A stretch of DNA of 64,000 nt from Tricharina praecox. Lineage: Eukaryota. The stretch covers positions 806,001 to 870,000 of the forward strand of contig NW_026250411.1 in NCBI RefSeq assembly GCF_024521635.1, written 5' to 3'. The notes under the pieces are model-generated. The model ran no database searches. It was not told where the DNA came from and saw nothing but the letters and a program-made list of their open reading frames with translations. A program made the translations under genes and the position numbers. Below, piece after piece: positions 59,461 through 64,000 of the stretch (positions are counted from its first letter, which is position 1; each line of letters starts with the position of its first letter).

Positions 59461-62457
59461 ATGGAGCAACAACAAGCACTCGATTACAATTCCTGCGCGC
59501 AGTTTCTGGCCAGACTGGACGCTGACGCACAACCCGAACCTCACCACAACAGCTTGACCTCATCGGACTCTCCCGTGGGTGATTCTTCAGGTATCTCGCC
59601 TTTCAACTCGGCTTCTCCTCCCGGCCTTTCTTCGGGCTCAGTGACATCACATTCTCCCGAGTCCCTTCGGTTCGAGTGGGACCCTACCGATACCTCTGCG
59701 TTTTTCGAAAACATCAGTGGCGCTGCCGGCATTCTTCCAGACGGTGGTACCTGGGATCCGTTGATACTTCCTGAGCAAGTTGGCGTTTCCCCCATGAGCG
59801 ACTACATCAAGGTCGAGAACGAGCAGTCCCCAGTCGGTTATTTTGGAGAATCCGGGGATCCTCAGGGAACGATTTCTCCTGGCAGGTCTTTGCTTGATCC
59901 AACTGCACAGACTGCATTCGAGGGAGGCCCTTATTCCTTCCCGAAGGACGGTGACGCACTGTTCAACTTCGCTGCATACAACAACCAACCTCCTTCCAGG
60001 CAAGACTCGGGCGACTTTTCTCCCATGATGTGGAGGACTCAGACACAGCAACGAGATGACTTCCAGTCTCAGACTCCGGAATGGCAGCAACAAATTCCGC
60101 AACCACAACAGCAGCAACCGCAGCAGATGCGGCCACACCAACTCCCTCCAACCCCCCAGCACCAACAACAGCAACAACAGCAACAACAACAGCAACAACA
60201 ACAGACCTCTCAACGACAGTCCCCCCTCCATCAGAGTGTTTCACCCCCTCACTCTGCCAGCAGTCCCGACTCTCGGGATGGATCCGTTAGCGATGATGGT
60301 GCCCCTATCGCACCTCGGACCAAGAAGCGAAAAACGAGTTCCGAGGAGGGCACCGAAGGCCAGCAGTCGGCTACGGGAACTAGTGGTGGCCGTAGACAAC
60401 CGAAGAAGACGGCTCATAACATGATCGAGAAACGGTATCGGACAAACTTGAACGACAAGATTGCCGCCCTTCGGGATTCCGTCCCATCCCTCCGAGTGAT
60501 GGCCGGAACCGCCCGGCTCGGAGAAGACGACGAAGAAGAGGACCTGGAAGGGCTGGCCCCGGCTCACAAGCTCAACAAAGCCACTGTCCTTGCCAAGGCC
60601 ACCGAATATATCCGCCATCTGGAGAAGAGGAATAAGCGGCTGCTGGAGGAGAACGATCAGTTGAAGAACAGGTTGAATGCCTTCGAGAAGCTGGCAACGA
60701 TGGGTGGGATGGGTCTGCAGCATCAGCCCGGGCAGCATCCGGGTCGAGGTGGACAGGCTGGTGGGCCTGGTGGTGGGTTGATGAGTCGGTTGATGGTGGG
60801 TAGTTTGGCGGGTCTGATGGTTGCCGGCGGGTTGCGGTCGCATGAGGGTAGCTCGCATCATCAGTTGGCTGCTTTCCCCCTCCCCATCCAGTGGTTGGGT
60901 GTTGGCGCTCCTGCTGCCGATACACATATCATGTGGTTGATAGCCAAGCTGCTCCTCCTCTTCACTGCGATCCTTTACGTTGTCGTCCCCGGATACTTTG
61001 ACGCCAAAGAGGCCCCCGAGAATGCCAAAGCCGTACGCAATCCGAATGTTTCAGCCGCCCCTTCGCTCGCCTCGCCCCTTAAGGATCGTTCCCATGCATG
61101 GCTTACCGCTATCCAGACCGTTTGGGTTCCTCGTCACTCCGTTACACTCGAGCTCGCCGCACTCGGCTTGAAGGCAACCAAGTTGAGTCTTCGAAGGATG
61201 ATTGGATGGGAGAGGTATCGCATGATCACTGGTATGACTGATGAGGACGAAGCCGCACGCATCAAGTCGTGGACCATTGCTCTTGATGCCCAGCTTGCTG
61301 GTGGCGACCTTTCCGTCAACCATTCACGTCTCTTGCTTACCCTCCTGGCCTCGTGGACCCTTCCCGCCACCCCGGCTCGTCTGATGCTGAACTCTTTGCA
61401 CATTCGGGTTCTCTTCTTTGATCTTGGAAGCCACCTCCAACTCTTTGCCGAAAAGTTCTCCAACTTTTACTGGACCGAGGCTCGGAAAGCACACGACAAG
61501 GCTGTCGCCGAGAACGATCCTTCCACCGAGCAACTTCCCGAGAACCTATTCCAGCTTTTGCAACTCGATCCCTCGGATGTCTTTGACCCACTGATCGTGG
61601 AGAAGGCATACGACCTTGCGCACAACAACATCCCCCAGACCACCTCGGACGAAGGCATGGACAGTGTTGTCAAGGACGCCGCCATTGGCTCGCCTTTGGA
61701 TGCCCTTGCCGCCTGGCACTCGAGTCTCCTTCTCCAAGGCGTCTTGGTTGCCAGCCTGAAGACCAACCCCTCGGCTTCCCTCGTCAGACGCATCCAGACC
61801 GATCTGGATACCGCCCTCCGCATCACTCCCCTCTCCAGCGCCGTGCAACTACGTGCCCTCACTGCCAAGGCGGTTCTCGTCGACGAAGGCGGTGAGAAGT
61901 ACCTTTGCGAGGCCATCAAGATTTTCGAGGAGGATATGAATTCTCGTGAACGGGAGCTCAACCAGAAGCCTGGCTCGTCTCAAGTCGCCGTCACGCCCAT
62001 CAACACCGCAATTACCACCACCACCGATATCCGTGTGTCGCTTCGTTGCGGAATGGCCTTGGCACTTATGAGGAAGGGCGCTCGTGACCAGGCCACCCGT
62101 CTATTCAGCGATCTCGACTGGCAGCGCCAGGCCGACAAGAATGGTCTCGGTTTCCTCGGCTTCGTCGCTGCTTGGAAGACTCTGACTACTTTCGTGCGTT
62201 GGGATGAGGACTGGGCGACGGACGCCGGGGAGAGTGTCGACCGTGCCGCCGCAATGCTGCGAATCTGGGTTAGCGATAAGAGGATTCAGAAGCTCGATGT
62301 TTCGCGGGGCGATTGCAAGCGTGTCGTCGACTTTTGCAGCAAGTTGCAGAAGAAGCTGGCCGGACTCGAGGAGACGGATGGTGATGATGGATATGTGAGC
62401 GGGGAGTTGGAGTCGGTGACACCGACACAGTCAAATCCGGAAGGCGAGCTCGTATAA
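59461..62457 (+). CDS. srbA: Sterol regulatory element-binding protein (SREBP; SrbA/Sre1-like)
   Basis: bHLH KKTAHNMIEKRYRTNLNDKIAALRDSVPSL..KLNKATVLAKATEYIRHLE with the SREBP-diagnostic Tyr (EKRYR). Followed by Gly-rich TM1 (LMVGSLAGLMV), TM2 and a C-terminal domain (AWLTAIQTVWVP, W.IALDAQLAGGD). Poly-Q tract before the bHLH; no coding intron needed. Confidence 0.93.
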   Translation: MEQQQALDYNSCAQFLARLDADAQPEPHHNSLTSSDSPVGDSSGISPFNSASPPGLSSGSVTSHSPESLRFEWDPTDTSAFFENISGAAGILPDGGTWDPLILPEQVGVSPMSDYIKVENEQSPVGYFGESGDPQGTISPGRSLLDPTAQTAFEGGPYSFPKDGDALFNFAAYNNQPPSRQDSGDFSPMMWRTQTQQRDDFQSQTPEWQQQIPQPQQQQPQQMRPHQLPPTPQHQQQQQQQQQQQQQQTSQRQSPLHQSVSPPHSASSPDSRDGSVSDDGAPIAPRTKKRKTSSEEGTEGQQSATGTSGGRRQPKKTAHNMIEKRYRTNLNDKIAALRDSVPSLRVMAGTARLGEDDEEEDLEGLAPAHKLNKATVLAKATEYIRHLEKRNKRLLEENDQLKNRLNAFEKLATMGGMGLQHQPGQHPGRGGQAGGPGGGLMSRLMVGSLAGLMVAGGLRSHEGSSHHQLAAFPLPIQWLGVGAPAADTHIMWLIAKLLLLFTAILYVVVPGYFDAKEAPENAKAVRNPNVSAAPSLASPLKDRSHAWLTAIQTVWVPRHSVTLELAALGLKATKLSLRRMIGWERYRMITGMTDEDEAARIKSWTIALDAQLAGGDLSVNHSRLLLTLLASWTLPATPARLMLNSLHIRVLFFDLGSHLQLFAEKFSNFYWTEARKAHDKAVAENDPSTEQLPENLFQLLQLDPSDVFDPLIVEKAYDLAHNNIPQTTSDEGMDSVVKDAAIGSPLDALAAWHSSLLLQGVLVASLKTNPSASLVRRIQTDLDTALRITPLSSAVQLRALTAKAVLVDEGGEKYLCEAIKIFEEDMNSRERELNQKPGSSQVAVTPINTAITTTTDIRVSLRCGMALALMRKGARDQATRLFSDLDWQRQADKNGLGFLGFVAAWKTLTTFVRWDEDWATDAGESVDRAAAMLRIWVSDKRIQKLDVSRGDCKRVVDFCSKLQKKLAGLEETDGDDGYVSGELESVTPTQSNPEGELV

Positions 62458-63842
62458 GGTCTCCTCTCGTTCTTGTTCCGTTTTCCTTCCGTTTCTTTGC
62501 CTCTTTTCTTTTTTATACCTCCTTTCATTTTTTATACCAAAAATCGTCTTCTGGGTTTCTTCGATTTCTCGCGTTCATACACATTATGGTATACCATCTT
62601 TACGCGCTGCGTTTTTGTGTTCTTGATGGCCGACTGTTGTAATATACATTACATTTCTTGGGACGGCATTCTTCTAGAATATGGTACTTAAGATTAGGTT
62701 CTCTTGCAATGTTTTTTGTTTCTTTCGATTCTCCTCGGTTTTCATACCCCAGCAGGTTTGGCTTTTTCCTTTTCCAGGTTTTTTTTTCTTCCTCGAGATG
62801 GGACGAGTGAGTGGATGTGCGCAGCAGCAGCAGCAGTGGAGTCACTGGAGTGTGATGATGAAGTCATGAAAGGCGCACAAGCACAAAAGGGAAGTGTTAC
62901 ACATCGTGGGGGGCTGTTTGCTTTGCTTTACTTTTTTTGTTTTTTTACTTTTTTTTGTGTGTTGTTTTTTTGACTTGCGCGTGGGAAAAGGCGGGAATTA
63001 TTTTGCGTTTCATGTTGGGTTCTGGGGTTTTTTCTTGCTATCTATATGTCAGTGTTTGATTGTCTTCGATCTCTAAAGTCTCTACTTACTGAATCATCAT
63101 CATCATCATCATCATCACCAACTTCGTCTGATCCATATGGCTTTTTATACATGACGTTTGCTGAGGTGCAAAAAGACGGCTTCCTACGTACTACCTACAT
63201 GTTCACCATATACTCGGCTCTCATTGATGGCCGCCCGGCCGGCTGGCCTTCTGTCGGCGGCCCCATGTGCTCGTACAATGCAAACTGCTGCTGTTCTAGC
63301 CGGCGAGTTGCCGGTGAGTCGCCGGTTGATCAGGCACCTGGATTCCAGCGCCATACAGCCTCTCCCGTGCTCGTGCAAGGTGCAGAAAGGACAGAGGACA
63401 AACTTCCCCACAGAATCTATCTGATCCAGTACCGTATGCCAGCCAGCCAGCCAGCCAGGCAGTCACCGACTCGGTGCGGAGGTAACTGGCAACAGTGGCC
63501 CCGGGATATAACACCCCACCGGTTCCCCGGTTCCCCGCCGGTTCTTCGCTATGAAAGCCCTCCCTCCACAGTATCGAACCAAACAGCTTCTCTCCTCGGA
63601 CCTCTCCAGCCACTGGTCCTCTACGGTATCACTTGCCTCGACTCCACAGCTACCTATACCATAGCATCAACAATGCCACCACCACGATGTTTCCCCCGGC
63701 ACCCAACCCCCTTCTCGTTCGAGAGTCATTCCCCATATTCCCCATACTTTTTAACTTTCTCCCCATCCCCGTCTCCCTCCCCGTCCCCCTCCCCCTCATC
63801 ATCACCCTCCTGCGGCGTTACCCCCCTCCCCTTCATTCCCGT

Positions 63843-64000
63843 TTATGGAACAGATCGCTGCAGCTGCTGCGGCAGCGGCAGCGGCGGCGGTGAGCGCGGC
63901 GGTGGGTTCCAGTCCGGGTCCTTCACGGAATGAGAACGAGAATGGGACGCCGAGGCCGAGGGCGGGGGCGGAGGCGGACTGGTCGGTTCTGAAGAACGCC
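63843..64000 (-). CDS. Possible 3' end of a gene entering from beyond the window
   Basis: The minus frame reads RSSEPTSPPPPPPSASASHSRSHSVKDPDWNPPPRSPPPLPLPQQLQRSVP*. A plus-strand ATG at 63845 is also open to the window edge, so the strand is ambiguous. Confidence 0.3.
   Translation of the reverse strand, partial: RSSEPTSPPPPPPSASASHSRSHSVKDPDWNPPPRSPPPLPLPQQLQRSVP

Noticed and set aside
63046..63933. 295-aa plus-strand ORF
   Set aside because: Low-complexity, repeat-derived and without recognisable motifs; it overlaps the probable 3' regions of neighbouring genes.

Overview
Eukaryotic, intron-containing DNA from a filamentous ascomycete. This is inferred from short GT..AG introns with CTRAC/CTAAC branch points, the gene content and the microsatellite-rich intergenic DNA; Pezizomycete-like is my guess. 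Recognisable genes: a FUSC/ArAE-type membrane transporter, tRNA-Lys(CTT), acrB, RVS167/hob1, VPS23/TSG101, NHP2, an SREBP (srbA/sre1) and several hypothetical proteins. Three heavily eroded retroelement relics (two LINE-like, one Ty3/gypsy-like) are visible only as broken motifs. The most unusual part is 20.3-25.9 kb, directly downstream of VPS23: a head-to-tail array of four paralogous orphan genes with a duplicated upstream block, hypervariable low-complexity linkers and different states of frameshift decay. They carry candidate PP1-docking motifs and a short resemblance to the Vps23 SB helix. All family assignments come from motif recognition by eye; no database searches were run.
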